Positions 9,796 through 20,186 are shown, counted from the stretch's first letter. The stretch is 64,000 nucleotides of DNA from a bacterium (GCA_004321745.1 SGYO01000008.1:80-64079), one strand, 5' to 3'. Notes: generated by a model from the sequence alone, not told the origin. Numbers and translations: made by a program.

Positions 9796-11871
9796 ATGAA
9801 AAACTTTGATATTGAAGATCCGATAACAAAGTTAAACCAGGTTAGTACAAAGCGTGGTGAGGCCTTAATAGCCAATAAAATTTTTACTTTAAAAGATCTA
9901 TTATATTATTTCCCGCGAAAACATCTCGATAGATCAAATATCACAAAAATCAAAGATATCCAGGCTGGGAATAAATACAATATAGTTGGTAGGGTAGAAA
10001 CATGCGGCGAAAGAAAAACCAGATATAAAAAATTATATCAAGTCATTGTCTCTGATGGCACTGGCCTTTTGACTTTAACATGGTTTAATTCTTCAACCCA
10101 TATAAAGAAGCTAGTAAAAAAGGATGATCAAATTGCCATACATGGCAAAGTTGATTGGTATAATGGATTTTCAATCAATCATCCTGAATTTGACATACTT
10201 GATCATCAGTCAAATCCCATGAATACAGGTTCCATCATTCCTATTTATCCTCTTTCAATTGATTTTAAAAAAGTAGGTATTGAGCAACGATTAATTAGAA
10301 AATTAATGATCCAAATTATTGATGGGGTAACTGATTTCGATGATATTTTTAGTGATAATTTTTTGGTATCAAATGCTTTGATAAATATCAAAGATGCACT
10401 ATCTCAATTACATTTTCCTTCGAGCTCAGATAATTTAAGTTCAGCAATTTACAGATTGAAATTTGATGAACATTTCATCCAGCAGATGTTCCTGGGATTG
10501 ATAAAATCAAAAATAAAATATACTAAATCAACTATATTTAAAGATATTGGTCCTTATTTTCAAAAGATTCGCGATGATTTAAGTTTTGAGTTAACTAACG
10601 CTCAAAAAAAAGTTATTGCTGAGATTCACTCAGATTTAAAAAAAAGTTCTCCAATGAATAGATTGTTGCAGGGAGATGTAGGTTCGGGTAAAACTATTGT
10701 GGCTATTTTATCTTCAGCCTTAGCGGCTGGGAACAATTATCAAGTCGCAGTAATGGCGCCAACAGAAATTTTGGCCAGTCAACATTTTAACGCATTTAAA
10801 AAAGAATTATCTAAAGCTAGGGTTACATGTTGTCTTCTTGTCGGGAAGATGAATAAAAAAGACAGAGATAAGATTATTACAAACATCAAGAACGGTAAAA
10901 TAACTGTTGTAATCGGGACGCATGCATTAATACAAAAAGATGTTGAATTTGAAAAACTCAGATTGGTGATCATTGATGAGCAGCATAGATTTGGAGTAGA
11001 TCAGAGAAATAAGCTTACTAATAAAGGTAAGAATCCTCATCTATTATGTATGACTGCTACGCCTATACCAAGGACTCTATCTATAACATACATGGGTGAT
11101 ATGGATTTATCTATAATTGATGAATTACCTAAAAATAGAATCCCAGTCACAACAAAAATAATTGATTCCAATAGGCTTGGGAAAGTTTATTCTTTCATGA
11201 ACAATCAAATTGACGATGGTTTACAATGTATGATCGTATATCCTTTGGTTGAGGAGTCAGAAAAAAGTGATCTTGCAGCAGCCGTAGAAATGTATAATCA
11301 TTTGAAAAAAAATACATTTTCAGCACACTCAGTTGGTCTCATACATGGGAAAATGAACCCAGAAGAAAAAAAGACCATTATGAATCGATTTAAACAAAAT
11401 GAGATTCAAATAATTATTTCTACAACTGTAATTGAAGTAGGTATTGATGTTCCAAATGCGACAGTAATGCTCATAGAACATGCTGAAAGGTTCGGATTAA
11501 CTCAATTACATCAATTGCGAGGCAGGGTTGGAAGAGGGAAAGAAAAAAGTTATTGTATTTTAGTAAATAGAGGATCGAGCGAACGATCATTATCAAGATT
11601 AGAAATAATGGAAAAAATGAATGATGGATTTAAAATTGCTGACGAAGATCTTTTGCTCAGGGGGCCAGGAGATTACATTGGCTTTCAGCAAAGTGGATTT
11701 GTAAAATATAAAATTGCGAATGTGTTAACGGATGGTCCAATCATAAGAAAGGCCAGGGCAATAGCTTTTAAAATGATTCATAAAGATCCTCACCTTGAAA
11801 GTCATATTGGAATAAAAAATTTAATATTTAAAAAATTTAGAAAAAATTTGGATTTAATTAACCTAAATTAG
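9796..11871 (+). CDS. recG: ATP-dependent DNA helicase RecG
   Basis: 691 aa. Wedge/OB N-terminus, Walker A 'GDVGSGKT', 'DEQHRFG', 'TATPIPRT', 'QLRGRVGRG'. Confidence 0.95.
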   Translation: MKNFDIEDPITKLNQVSTKRGEALIANKIFTLKDLLYYFPRKHLDRSNITKIKDIQAGNKYNIVGRVETCGERKTRYKKLYQVIVSDGTGLLTLTWFNSSTHIKKLVKKDDQIAIHGKVDWYNGFSINHPEFDILDHQSNPMNTGSIIPIYPLSIDFKKVGIEQRLIRKLMIQIIDGVTDFDDIFSDNFLVSNALINIKDALSQLHFPSSSDNLSSAIYRLKFDEHFIQQMFLGLIKSKIKYTKSTIFKDIGPYFQKIRDDLSFELTNAQKKVIAEIHSDLKKSSPMNRLLQGDVGSGKTIVAILSSALAAGNNYQVAVMAPTEILASQHFNAFKKELSKARVTCCLLVGKMNKKDRDKIITNIKNGKITVVIGTHALIQKDVEFEKLRLVIIDEQHRFGVDQRNKLTNKGKNPHLLCMTATPIPRTLSITYMGDMDLSIIDELPKNRIPVTTKIIDSNRLGKVYSFMNNQIDDGLQCMIVYPLVEESEKSDLAAAVEMYNHLKKNTFSAHSVGLIHGKMNPEEKKTIMNRFKQNEIQIIISTTVIEVGIDVPNATVMLIEHAERFGLTQLHQLRGRVGRGKEKSYCILVNRGSSERSLSRLEIMEKMNDGFKIADEDLLLRGPGDYIGFQQSGFVKYKIANVLTDGPIIRKARAIAFKMIHKDPHLESHIGIKNLIFKKFRKNLDLINLN

Positions 11872-11944
11872 CTTTTTAATATATTTTTTGTAATAGAACA
11901 ATCGTATAAATTTGCACTTTGATTTATAACGGAAATAAGTATTA

Positions 11945-12250
11945 GTGAATAAAGAAATCTTATCGAAAAAGGAACAATTGTTCTTGTACTTAGTTGGAAC
12001 CTTTCATTCAAGTGCAAAAATTGCATTGGGTAAAATTGAAAATCCAATGACAAAGACTAAGGACTTAAATTTAGAACAAGCTTCATTTTATATTGACCTT
12101 CTAGATCTCGTTCAAGAAAAAACGAAAGACAACTTGAGCGATTACGAGGAGCAAATGCTCATCAATACAATCAGCGAATTGAAAATGAATTTAATTGACG
12201 AAAAGAAAAATAATGGTAATAAAAATGGTCAAAAGACAAATAATGATTGA
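11945..12250 (+). CDS. DUF1844 domain protein
   Basis: 101 aa with a GTG start. '…FHSSAKIALGKIENPMTKTKDLNLEQASFYIDLLDLVQEKTKDNL' matches the DUF1844 pattern. Confidence 0.6.
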   Translation: MNKEILSKKEQLFLYLVGTFHSSAKIALGKIENPMTKTKDLNLEQASFYIDLLDLVQEKTKDNLSDYEEQMLINTISELKMNLIDEKKNNGNKNGQKTNND

Positions 12251-12263
12251 AGAGGATTAAAGC

Positions 12264-15203
12264 TTGTTAAATAATAATTTTGATTACATAAATAGATTGA
12301 TAGCTTTTGGAATTTTTCTTTTAACCTTCATAGTGTATTTTGATACAATGGCTCCTACAGTATCGTATTGGGATTGTGGAGAATTTATTGCTGTTTCTCA
12401 TACATTAGGTGTGCCCCATCCTCCAGGGAGCCCATTCTTTCTTCTGTTAGGGCGTATTTTTTCTATGTTACCTTTTAACGAAGACATTGCATTTAGAGTA
12501 AATATTATTTCGCCTTTAGTTAGTGCTTTAGCAGTAATGCTCCTCTATTTGTCTATTGTTAAAGTGGTTACGCATTGGCGAGGTAAAGTTAATGGTTTAT
12601 CTGATTGTTTAATAGTATTTGGCGGAGGTGCAGCAGGTGCGTTGGCATTTGCATTTACTGATAGCCATTGGTTTAATGCTGTTGAAGCCGAAGTATATGC
12701 ATTTAGTACTTTTTTTACTGCAATTGTTGTATGGTTAATCTTATTATGGAATGAAAAAGCTGATCAAAGAGGTCATGAAAGATACCTGTTAATAATTGCT
12801 TATATGATTGGCCTTGCTACTGGATTGCATTTACTAAATTTGCTGGCTATACCTTTTATTACTCTAATAATATATTTTAGAAAGTATAAGGTTGAATGGA
12901 AATCTTTTGGAATTAACGTTTTAATAACGGCAATAATCTTCTTTGTAATTCACAATGGAATTATAAAAGGCTTGCCTAAAATGGCTGCTGGATTTTTAGG
13001 TGTTTGGGGTACTGCTTTTATCATTATTTCAGTATTTGGTTTAATGATATGGGCTGTTTTGAACAAACAGCATATTATAAGCATAGCCACTACTTCAATT
13101 GTTCTAGTGCTCATAGGTTATTCAACCTATACGATGATTTTCATCCGCTCTAATCAAGATCCAGTCATTGATGAAAATGATCCTGAAACTGTTGAGGCAA
13201 TGATATCATATCTTGAAAGAGAGCAATATGGTAGTGTTGGACAATTCCCAAGAAGATTTAAAGGTTTAAAGCAGATGTATGAAGTTGTTGGTCCACCTTC
13301 CAGTAATGGTGAGTATTCATCTAGGCAAAAATCTCAGTATAGAAAGACTGACATTGATAAGCAATGGGATTTCTTTTGGAATTATCAAATAAAAAAAATG
13401 TACAATCGATATTTCTTGTGGCAATTTGCTGGCAGAGGGCCCTCTACAGAAAATGGTGTTACTCCGATGGGTGCAAATAGCAGAGAAGATGGTGTTTACT
13501 GGTCACAATTTGGTATTCCGCTTGCTTTATTAATTGGTTTGCTGGGCATGTTTTATCATGGAAGCAAAGATCAAAGAATGTCCTTTTCTGTTATGTCATT
13601 ATTTTTATTGACAGGATATGCTATAATTTTATACTTAAATCAAGATGATCCGCAGCCTAGGGAGAGAGATTATTCTTATGTTGGTAGTTTTTTTGCTTTT
13701 TCTATCTGGATAGGTGCAGGAGTCTCAGCAATTGGAGAATTCATTGAAAAGAGAATAGAAAATTTAGAGGCTCGAAATAGATTATTATCTGTTATGCTTA
13801 TATTAATCATTGCTTTTATGCCTGGTGTAATGATGAGTGTTAATTATCATTCTCATGATCGATCTGGGAATTATGTTGCATGGGATTATAGTTATAATTT
13901 GTTGCAATCCGTTGGCCCTAATGGGATTTTATTTACGAATGGTGATAATGATACTTTCCCCCTATGGTATCTTCAAGAAGTTGAAAATGTAAGAAAGGAT
14001 GTTGCGGTTGTTAATTTAAGTTTATTGAATACTCCTTGGTATATAAAGCAGTGGAAAGAGGCTCGTTCTGCAGATACAAAATTCATAAATCTTTCAGATA
14101 ACCAAGTAGATGCTATTACCTCTAGGTTACAACGATGGGAAGAAAAGAAAGTGCAAGTTCCTGTAAAAAATGACCCCCAAAATGATAAAGGTTATATAGA
14201 GTGGACGTTGAAACCTACTTTTGCTGGGCAAGCTCTGAGAGTTCAAGATATAATGATCTTACGAATTATTAAAGATGCTAACTGGAAAGTTCCTATCTAT
14301 TTCGCGGTAACTGTTTCTCAATCAAATAGAATTGGCTTGGATTCTTATTTAGATATGCAGGGTTTAACATTTCAGCTAAAAAGCCATAAGACAGATCCGG
14401 TGGATCAACAGATGATGTATAAAAATTTAATGACTCAGATTGGTCCAGATGAATGGTCTACAGATTTTAGTATAGGTCAATTCAGAAGCGATGATAAAAA
14501 TAACTATAATGATTGGTCAAGGGATTACAAACCTGGGTATATGTTTAGAAATTTAGGTAATGATAAAATTTATTATAATGATCAGATAATTAGATTATTG
14601 CAAAATTATCGAAGTGCTTATATGCAATTAGCGGTTACCTATTATATGGATTATCAAAATGAAAAGAGAAAAAAAGAGCCTGATGATATACTATTGTCTG
14701 ATTTGAGTTCTAAGTCTGTAGCGGTCCTGGACCAGATGCGTTTTAACATTCCTGAAGAGTCGATTCCCATAACATCTGAGGACCTTCATTATCAGGTTGC
14801 TAGGTTGTATGGGGATTTAGATCGCAAGGACTCAATGAAAGACATCCTTGAAGATCTAATAATTATGGAGGGGGTGTCGCCGACAAATAAAGTGGAATAC
14901 TCAAATGTTTATTTTAGAGAGCTAGATGATGCTGAGACTGCTATTGAAATATTATCAGGTTTGCAGAACGATTATTTTAAAATTGAAAACCTTATTAAAA
15001 TTCAAGGTATGTCGTCTATTTCAACAAATAGTTGGAAAAGATGGCAAAAAGCATTTCCTGACATTGTTTCATCATTGGTTTATATTTATAAATCTACAAA
15101 CCAAAATAATGAAGCTGAGGGCGTTCTTGTAGAATGGTTATCCCGTTTCCCAAATGATTCAAATGCTAAAAAACTTTTAGAAGAAGTCCGTAGTTCTGAT
15201 TAA
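12264..15203 (+). CDS. DUF2723/TMEM260-like GT-C-fold membrane glycosyltransferase with large C-terminal soluble (TPR-like) region
   Basis: 979 aa. TTG start preceded by AGAGGA at good spacing. Hallmark N-terminus 'APTVSYWDCGEFIAVSHTLGVPHPPGSPFFLLLGRIF' followed by about 10 TM helices. Confidence 0.75.
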   Translation: MLNNNFDYINRLIAFGIFLLTFIVYFDTMAPTVSYWDCGEFIAVSHTLGVPHPPGSPFFLLLGRIFSMLPFNEDIAFRVNIISPLVSALAVMLLYLSIVKVVTHWRGKVNGLSDCLIVFGGGAAGALAFAFTDSHWFNAVEAEVYAFSTFFTAIVVWLILLWNEKADQRGHERYLLIIAYMIGLATGLHLLNLLAIPFITLIIYFRKYKVEWKSFGINVLITAIIFFVIHNGIIKGLPKMAAGFLGVWGTAFIIISVFGLMIWAVLNKQHIISIATTSIVLVLIGYSTYTMIFIRSNQDPVIDENDPETVEAMISYLEREQYGSVGQFPRRFKGLKQMYEVVGPPSSNGEYSSRQKSQYRKTDIDKQWDFFWNYQIKKMYNRYFLWQFAGRGPSTENGVTPMGANSREDGVYWSQFGIPLALLIGLLGMFYHGSKDQRMSFSVMSLFLLTGYAIILYLNQDDPQPRERDYSYVGSFFAFSIWIGAGVSAIGEFIEKRIENLEARNRLLSVMLILIIAFMPGVMMSVNYHSHDRSGNYVAWDYSYNLLQSVGPNGILFTNGDNDTFPLWYLQEVENVRKDVAVVNLSLLNTPWYIKQWKEARSADTKFINLSDNQVDAITSRLQRWEEKKVQVPVKNDPQNDKGYIEWTLKPTFAGQALRVQDIMILRIIKDANWKVPIYFAVTVSQSNRIGLDSYLDMQGLTFQLKSHKTDPVDQQMMYKNLMTQIGPDEWSTDFSIGQFRSDDKNNYNDWSRDYKPGYMFRNLGNDKIYYNDQIIRLLQNYRSAYMQLAVTYYMDYQNEKRKKEPDDILLSDLSSKSVAVLDQMRFNIPEESIPITSEDLHYQVARLYGDLDRKDSMKDILEDLIIMEGVSPTNKVEYSNVYFRELDDAETAIEILSGLQNDYFKIENLIKIQGMSSISTNSWKRWQKAFPDIVSSLVYIYKSTNQNNEAEGVLVEWLSRFPNDSNAKKLLEEVRSSD

Positions 15204-15217
15204 AAAAAGTTGAAGTA

Positions 15218-16261
15218 ATGTCTGACATTAAGCCAAGAGTTAGCATTATCATACCGCATTGGAACAATACAGATATTTTATCTGATTGTTTAGAATCTAT
15301 AACATTAACAAGTTATCTTGATCTAGAAACAATTGTTGTTGACAATGCTTCAACAGATGACAGCGTTGAATGGGTTAGATCTAATTATCCAAATGTAAAG
15401 TTAATCGAAAATGATAAAAATTATGGATACGCTGGTGGTTGCAATATTGGGGCAGAATATGCCTCTGGTGAGTATTTGATCTTTTTGAACAATGATACAA
15501 CTCAAGACCCTAATTGGGTTTCAAATTTAGTTGACACCATAAGCTCAAATTCTAAAATTGCTGCTGTACAACCGAAAGTATTAAATTTTTTTGATAAAAA
15601 TCTTTTTGACTATGCGGGCGGGTCTGGTGGGCACATGGATATTTATTGTTTTCCAATAGCTAGAGGAAGAGTTTTTCAGCATCAGGAGTATGATAAAGGC
15701 CAATATAATGATGTTGATAAGTGTTTTTGGTCATCAGGAACATGTTTCATCGTAAAAAAAGATTTATTCATTCAAGCTAATATGTTTGAAGATTCATTTT
15801 TCGCGCACATGGAAGAGATTGATCTTTGTTGGAAATTGCAATCTATGGGTTATGAGGTTTGGGTTGATCCTAATGCTTTGGTATATCATAAAAATGCATT
15901 GACATTGCCTATGTATTCTCACAAAAAATATTATCTGAATCATAGAAATTCATTATTGATGCTTTTTGGCAATTATTCACTGAAGAATGCTTTTTTGATT
16001 GGTTCAACCAGAATCACATTGGAGATTGTTGCTTTTTTATATTCAATTTTGAAATTTGATTTAAAACATGCTTCTGCAATAATTAGATCAATCGTTTGGA
16101 TACTATTTAACCCCCATGTAATCGTAAAAAAGAGAAAACAGTTTTCAAAAATTAGAAAATTAGATGATAATGAGATAATGAGGGGGATGGTAAAAAAATC
16201 TGTTGTGCTTGAATATTATTTAAAAAGAAGAAAAACTTATCAAGGCATTCTATCTAAATAG
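15218..16261 (+). CDS. Glycosyltransferase family 2
   Basis: 'VSIIIPHWNN', 'VVDNASTDDS', and the 'FLNNDT' DxD-type motif. Hydrophobic C-terminal tail. Confidence 0.85.
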   Translation: MSDIKPRVSIIIPHWNNTDILSDCLESITLTSYLDLETIVVDNASTDDSVEWVRSNYPNVKLIENDKNYGYAGGCNIGAEYASGEYLIFLNNDTTQDPNWVSNLVDTISSNSKIAAVQPKVLNFFDKNLFDYAGGSGGHMDIYCFPIARGRVFQHQEYDKGQYNDVDKCFWSSGTCFIVKKDLFIQANMFEDSFFAHMEEIDLCWKLQSMGYEVWVDPNALVYHKNALTLPMYSHKKYYLNHRNSLLMLFGNYSLKNAFLIGSTRITLEIVAFLYSILKFDLKHASAIIRSIVWILFNPHVIVKKRKQFSKIRKLDDNEIMRGMVKKSVVLEYYLKRRKTYQGILSK

Positions 16262-17085
16262 TCATCGTAAAGATCATTATTGTCATGATCTAGTTGCTTG
16301 ATATCAATAAGTAAATCTTTTCTTCCTAGGTTGCTAAAAGTTTTAGCAAAAAAATCAGAATGAATTTTCATAAAGTATTGCGTTGATTGTTCTCTGCCAA
16401 AATCGATATAACTTTTTTCTAAACCATCTAGCATAGTTTTAAATTCATTTACAGATTCTTCTATGTTACCTTCTTTTAGAAAATCTTTGGCGATATAAAA
16501 GGATAATCTAGCGTTTCTTAATCCTGAATTTTTACTAATATCATCAACTAATGACACTCTTGTGTTCCAACCTTTTTGGTAGTCAGAAGAAGATCCTCTT
16601 AGACCTATCTCCCTTGCAATCTCATAAGCTGAATTCCCACCGCGATATTCATAGGTGTCAATTACACCTGCCAATATAATATGAGCATAAAAGGCTAAAA
16701 ATGCTGATAATGGCTCAAAAAGAACTAAGTCAAAATATAAACTTGAGCCAGGGCTATAAAAAAATTGTGCTCCACTATCAAAATATCTTAGTTCGCTTCC
16801 ATTAGAAAAAAGTGCTTTACAAAGATACGTTTTTACATTGCCTTTTGATGCAGCGCCTTCAAAAATAATTTGTATATGCAAAGGTATGTTAAGATCAGTA
16901 TATTCTTTATCCCATGCCGTATTTATAAAAAATTGGCGAATGTCTTCTTTAAGATTAATTAGGTCATATCTTTCATCGCTCCTTAATAATCTATCATCAA
17001 ATTCAATTTTAACTGATCCAAATTGAGCTTCGATTGGGATAATCAAAATAGTATATGTAATTAAGAGATAGAATAGTCTAGTCAT
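16240..17085 (-). CDS. DUF4835-like secreted protein (family linked to type IX secretion in some annotations)
   Basis: 281 aa with a signal peptide. Central 'LSAFLAFYAHIILAGVIDTYEYRGGNSAYE…GW' resembles DUF4835. The 3' end overlaps the convergent GT2 gene by 22 nt. Confidence 0.5.
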   Translation of the reverse strand: MTRLFYLLITYTILIIPIEAQFGSVKIEFDDRLLRSDERYDLINLKEDIRQFFINTAWDKEYTDLNIPLHIQIIFEGAASKGNVKTYLCKALFSNGSELRYFDSGAQFFYSPGSSLYFDLVLFEPLSAFLAFYAHIILAGVIDTYEYRGGNSAYEIAREIGLRGSSSDYQKGWNTRVSLVDDISKNSGLRNARLSFYIAKDFLKEGNIEESVNEFKTMLDGLEKSYIDFGREQSTQYFMKIHSDFFAKTFSNLGRKDLLIDIKQLDHDNNDLYDDYLDRMP

Positions 17086-17175
17086 TAATTAAAAATAGAT
17101 GAAAGCAGTTCTCGTATACAAGCTATTTATCTGACTTATTTTGTGAAATGATTATATATGAATTAATTTTTATTA

Positions 17176-18591
17176 ATGAATAATATAAAAAAAATAATTA
17201 ATCTAGTTAAGTATAAGCCGATTTTTGATATGGCGAAAAAGGCTGGTAAGCTTGCTTATGAAGATAATATTAGGGTTTATATTGTAGGAGGAGTAGTGAG
17301 GGACTTGATCCTTGATAAAGATATTCAAGATCTTGATCTTATGGTCGAAGGAGATGGAATATCTTTTGCTAAAAAGCTCGCAGGAGAAATTGGTGTAAAA
17401 AAAATTGTTCCGTTTAATAAATTTGGAACTGCATTGATACCTCACAGGTCTTTTCAAATTGAAATCGCTAGTTCAAGATCTGAAATTTATGAAAAAGGTT
17501 CTCGAAGTCCATCTAAAGTAGAGTTTGCAAGTTTAGAGGAAGATTTAAGAAGGAGAGATTTTACTATTAATGCAATGGCAATGGATATTCACCCTGATCA
17601 TTTTGGTAAAGTCTATGACCCATTTAAGGGTAAAGATGATCTAGATAATAATCTATTAAAAACCCCACTAGACCCTGAACAAACTTTCTCTGATGACCCA
17701 CTGAGAATGATGAGGGCAGCTTATTTTGCATCCAAATTAAATTTTAAACTTGATTTGGCTTGTCGGACAGCAATTAAAAATCAAGCAAAAAAAATAGATA
17801 TAGTCTCATGGGAAAGGGTAAGAGATGAATTAATTAAGATTTTATCTACTTCAAAACCCTCTATTGGGTTAGTTATTTTGCAAAAAACTGGGTTATTGAA
17901 AACTGTATTCCCTGAAATAGATGTGATGTATGACATGGATCAGTCTCCAGAGTGGCATCATAAAGATATTTTTGCTCATACCTTACAAGTTGTAGACAAC
18001 GCAGCAAAATTAACAAATAAAATGGAAATCAGGTTTGCCGCATTAGTTCATGATATTGCTAAACCTCTAACAAGGAGAATTGACCCTAAAAGAGGGTATA
18101 CTTTTCATGGTCATGATGCTATTGGTGAAAGAATGCTACATAAAGTTTCAAAGAGGCTTCGTCTTTCAAATCAATTATCTAACTATTTAAAAAAATTAAC
18201 ATTGTTACATTTAAGGCCGATTGCACTTGCAAAAAATGGTGTCACTGATTCAGCTGTTAGAAGATTAATGGTCTCAGCTGGCTCTGAAATAGATGATTTG
18301 ATGACTTTATGCAGAGCTGATATCACTACAAAAAACTCTAAGCTTGTAAAAAGATATTTAAGGAATTTTGATCTTGTGGAAGATAGAATGAAGGTAGTGC
18401 TAAACAAAGATTCAGCAAAAAAGTTTCAAAGTCCAGTTAGGGGTTTGGAGATAATGGAAATCTTTAATATAAAAGAAGGTAAAAAGGTTGGTAAATTAAA
18501 AAAATCTATCGAGGATGCAATTTTAGATGGCGTTATAAATAACACATATGAAGATGCTAAACAATTTTTGCTGGAACAAAAAGAAAAGTAA
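17176..18591 (+). CDS. tRNA nucleotidyltransferase/poly(A) polymerase family protein with HD domain (CCA-adding enzyme-like)
   Basis: 'VYIVGGVVRDLIL…DLDLMVEG' nucleotidyltransferase head. 'RDFTINAMA', 'DPLRMMRA', and an HD motif 'HHKDIFAHTLQV…HDIAKP'. Confidence 0.88.
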   Translation: MNNIKKIINLVKYKPIFDMAKKAGKLAYEDNIRVYIVGGVVRDLILDKDIQDLDLMVEGDGISFAKKLAGEIGVKKIVPFNKFGTALIPHRSFQIEIASSRSEIYEKGSRSPSKVEFASLEEDLRRRDFTINAMAMDIHPDHFGKVYDPFKGKDDLDNNLLKTPLDPEQTFSDDPLRMMRAAYFASKLNFKLDLACRTAIKNQAKKIDIVSWERVRDELIKILSTSKPSIGLVILQKTGLLKTVFPEIDVMYDMDQSPEWHHKDIFAHTLQVVDNAAKLTNKMEIRFAALVHDIAKPLTRRIDPKRGYTFHGHDAIGERMLHKVSKRLRLSNQLSNYLKKLTLLHLRPIALAKNGVTDSAVRRLMVSAGSEIDDLMTLCRADITTKNSKLVKRYLRNFDLVEDRMKVVLNKDSAKKFQSPVRGLEIMEIFNIKEGKKVGKLKKSIEDAILDGVINNTYEDAKQFLLEQKEK

Positions 18592-18687
18592 AAATCTTTT
18601 TTGTAACCTTAAATTAAATTCTTTTAAATTATGCATATTAGGAACCAAAAATTTTAATAAAACTTAGATTTATAATTAGGAGATATT

Positions 18688-18990
18688 ATGACTTATATTA
18701 TTGCAGAACCGTGTGTTAGTACTTGTGATACTGCTTGTGTTGAAGTTTGTCCTGTTGATTGTATTCATGGGCCTGATGATAAAACCGGCGCAGGGGCTGA
18801 AGCCAAAGAGCCAGGCTTTGACCCAGAAGGAAAACAATTATACATTAACCCAGAAGAATGTATAGATTGTGGTGCTTGCGAACCAGAGTGCCCAGTAGAA
18901 GCGATCTTTGAGGAGAGCGAAATTCCAGAGGAATGGGCGAAATTCATTCCTTTAAATTATGAATATTTTGGACAAGAATATTCCGGATAA
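18688..18990 (+). CDS. Ferredoxin, FdxA-like (two Fe-S cluster motifs)
   Basis: 'YIIAEPCVSTCDTACVEVCPVDCIH' and 'CIDCGACEPECPVEAI'. Strong SD (AGGAGA) 7 nt upstream. Followed by the only textbook intrinsic terminator in the window. Confidence 0.92.
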   Translation: MTYIIAEPCVSTCDTACVEVCPVDCIHGPDDKTGAGAEAKEPGFDPEGKQLYINPEECIDCGACEPECPVEAIFEESEIPEEWAKFIPLNYEYFGQEYSG

Positions 18991-19011
18991 AGCTCACAAA
19001 AAAATAATAGC

Positions 19012-19042
19012 AAAAACGGTTGTTTCGGCAACCGTTTTTTTT
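19012..19042 (+). terminator. Rho-independent terminator after ferredoxin
   Basis: AAAAACGGTTG (19012-19022) pairs perfectly with CAACCGTTTTT (19029-19039). The loop is TTTCGG and the T-run extends to 19042. Confidence 0.85.
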
Positions 19043-19055
19043 ATTGATTCAGTTT

Positions 19056-20186
19056 ATGGATAAAGATAAAGTAAAAGAAATTCTATCTAGAATAAACTAT
19101 CCTGGATTTAGCAGAGATATTGTTTCTTTTGGGATGGTGAGTGGTGTAGAAATTAATCCCAATGAGATTGTAATTAATCTAAGTATCACTTCACAAAATT
19201 CTGAAAAAAAATCAATATTAGTTGGAGATATTGAAAAAAAATTAGGTGAATATTTTTCTTCTGTCATTGTAAACGTTGAAGAAAAAGTCCCAAATAGTCC
19301 TAGTCCAGGAGCTCAACAAGCTTCTCCAGAACCAGTTTTGCCAAATGTTAAACATGTAATTGCTGTTGCAAGTGGTAAGGGTGGCGTGGGGAAATCTACT
19401 GTTGCTTCCAATGTTGCCTGTGGTTTATGTGAAAAAGGATTTAAAGTAGGTCTTTTAGATCTTGATATTTATGGCCCATCTTTGCCAATTACTCTTGGCA
19501 TCAATAAACAACCAGAAATGACAGATAGAAAGACTTTAGTTCCGATTGAAAAATACGGAATGAAAGTGATGAGCTTTGGCTTCATCAGCGGTAATGATAC
19601 TCCGGTAATTTGGAGAGGACCTTTAGTTTCAAGGATGACAGAGCAGTTTTTTAAAGATGTTGAGTGGGGTGAGCTTGATTATTTAATTTTAGATTTACCT
19701 CCTGGTACTGGAGATGTTCAATTAACTCTAACTCAAAAATTGCGTATGTCAGGAGCAATCATTGTTACTACTCCTCAAGATATAGCTCTCTCTGATGTCC
19801 GGAAAGGTGCGGACATGTTTAAAAAAGTTAAAACTCCCATATTGGGCGTAATTGAGAACATGTCAGGGTTGCATATTAGTGGGACTATCAAAGATGCTGA
19901 TGGAAAAGAAATGACAGGCGGAACAATTCATACTAATTTTAATTCAAGCTCTCAAATTGATGATAATGGTAATTATGAGCTCCGGTTAGATCTATTTAAA
20001 AAGGGTGGTGGCTTAAGCGAGAGCGAGCGTTTGGGGATTCCGCTATTAGGGCAGATTCCAATTTCAAATGATATCGTTAGCGCTACTGATGATGGCGAGC
20101 CTTTGATTCTTAAAAACCCTGAGCATGATGCTGCGAAGGTTTATACTTCAATTATTGATAAAATGATTACCATTCTTGATAAATAA
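19056..20186 (+). CDS. Fe-S cluster carrier ATPase Mrp/ApbC (N-terminal DUF59-like domain + ParA-type ATPase)
   Basis: 'AVASGKGGVGKSTVA' deviant Walker A, 'DLPPGTGD', 'VTTPQDIAL'. I moved the start to ATG 19056 (MDKDKVKEIL…) because the track's TTG at 19020 lies inside the terminator hairpin. Confidence 0.9.
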   Translation: MDKDKVKEILSRINYPGFSRDIVSFGMVSGVEINPNEIVINLSITSQNSEKKSILVGDIEKKLGEYFSSVIVNVEEKVPNSPSPGAQQASPEPVLPNVKHVIAVASGKGGVGKSTVASNVACGLCEKGFKVGLLDLDIYGPSLPITLGINKQPEMTDRKTLVPIEKYGMKVMSFGFISGNDTPVIWRGPLVSRMTEQFFKDVEWGELDYLILDLPPGTGDVQLTLTQKLRMSGAIIVTTPQDIALSDVRKGADMFKKVKTPILGVIENMSGLHISGTIKDADGKEMTGGTIHTNFNSSSQIDDNGNYELRLDLFKKGGGLSESERLGIPLLGQIPISNDIVSATDDGEPLILKNPEHDAAKVYTSIIDKMITILDK

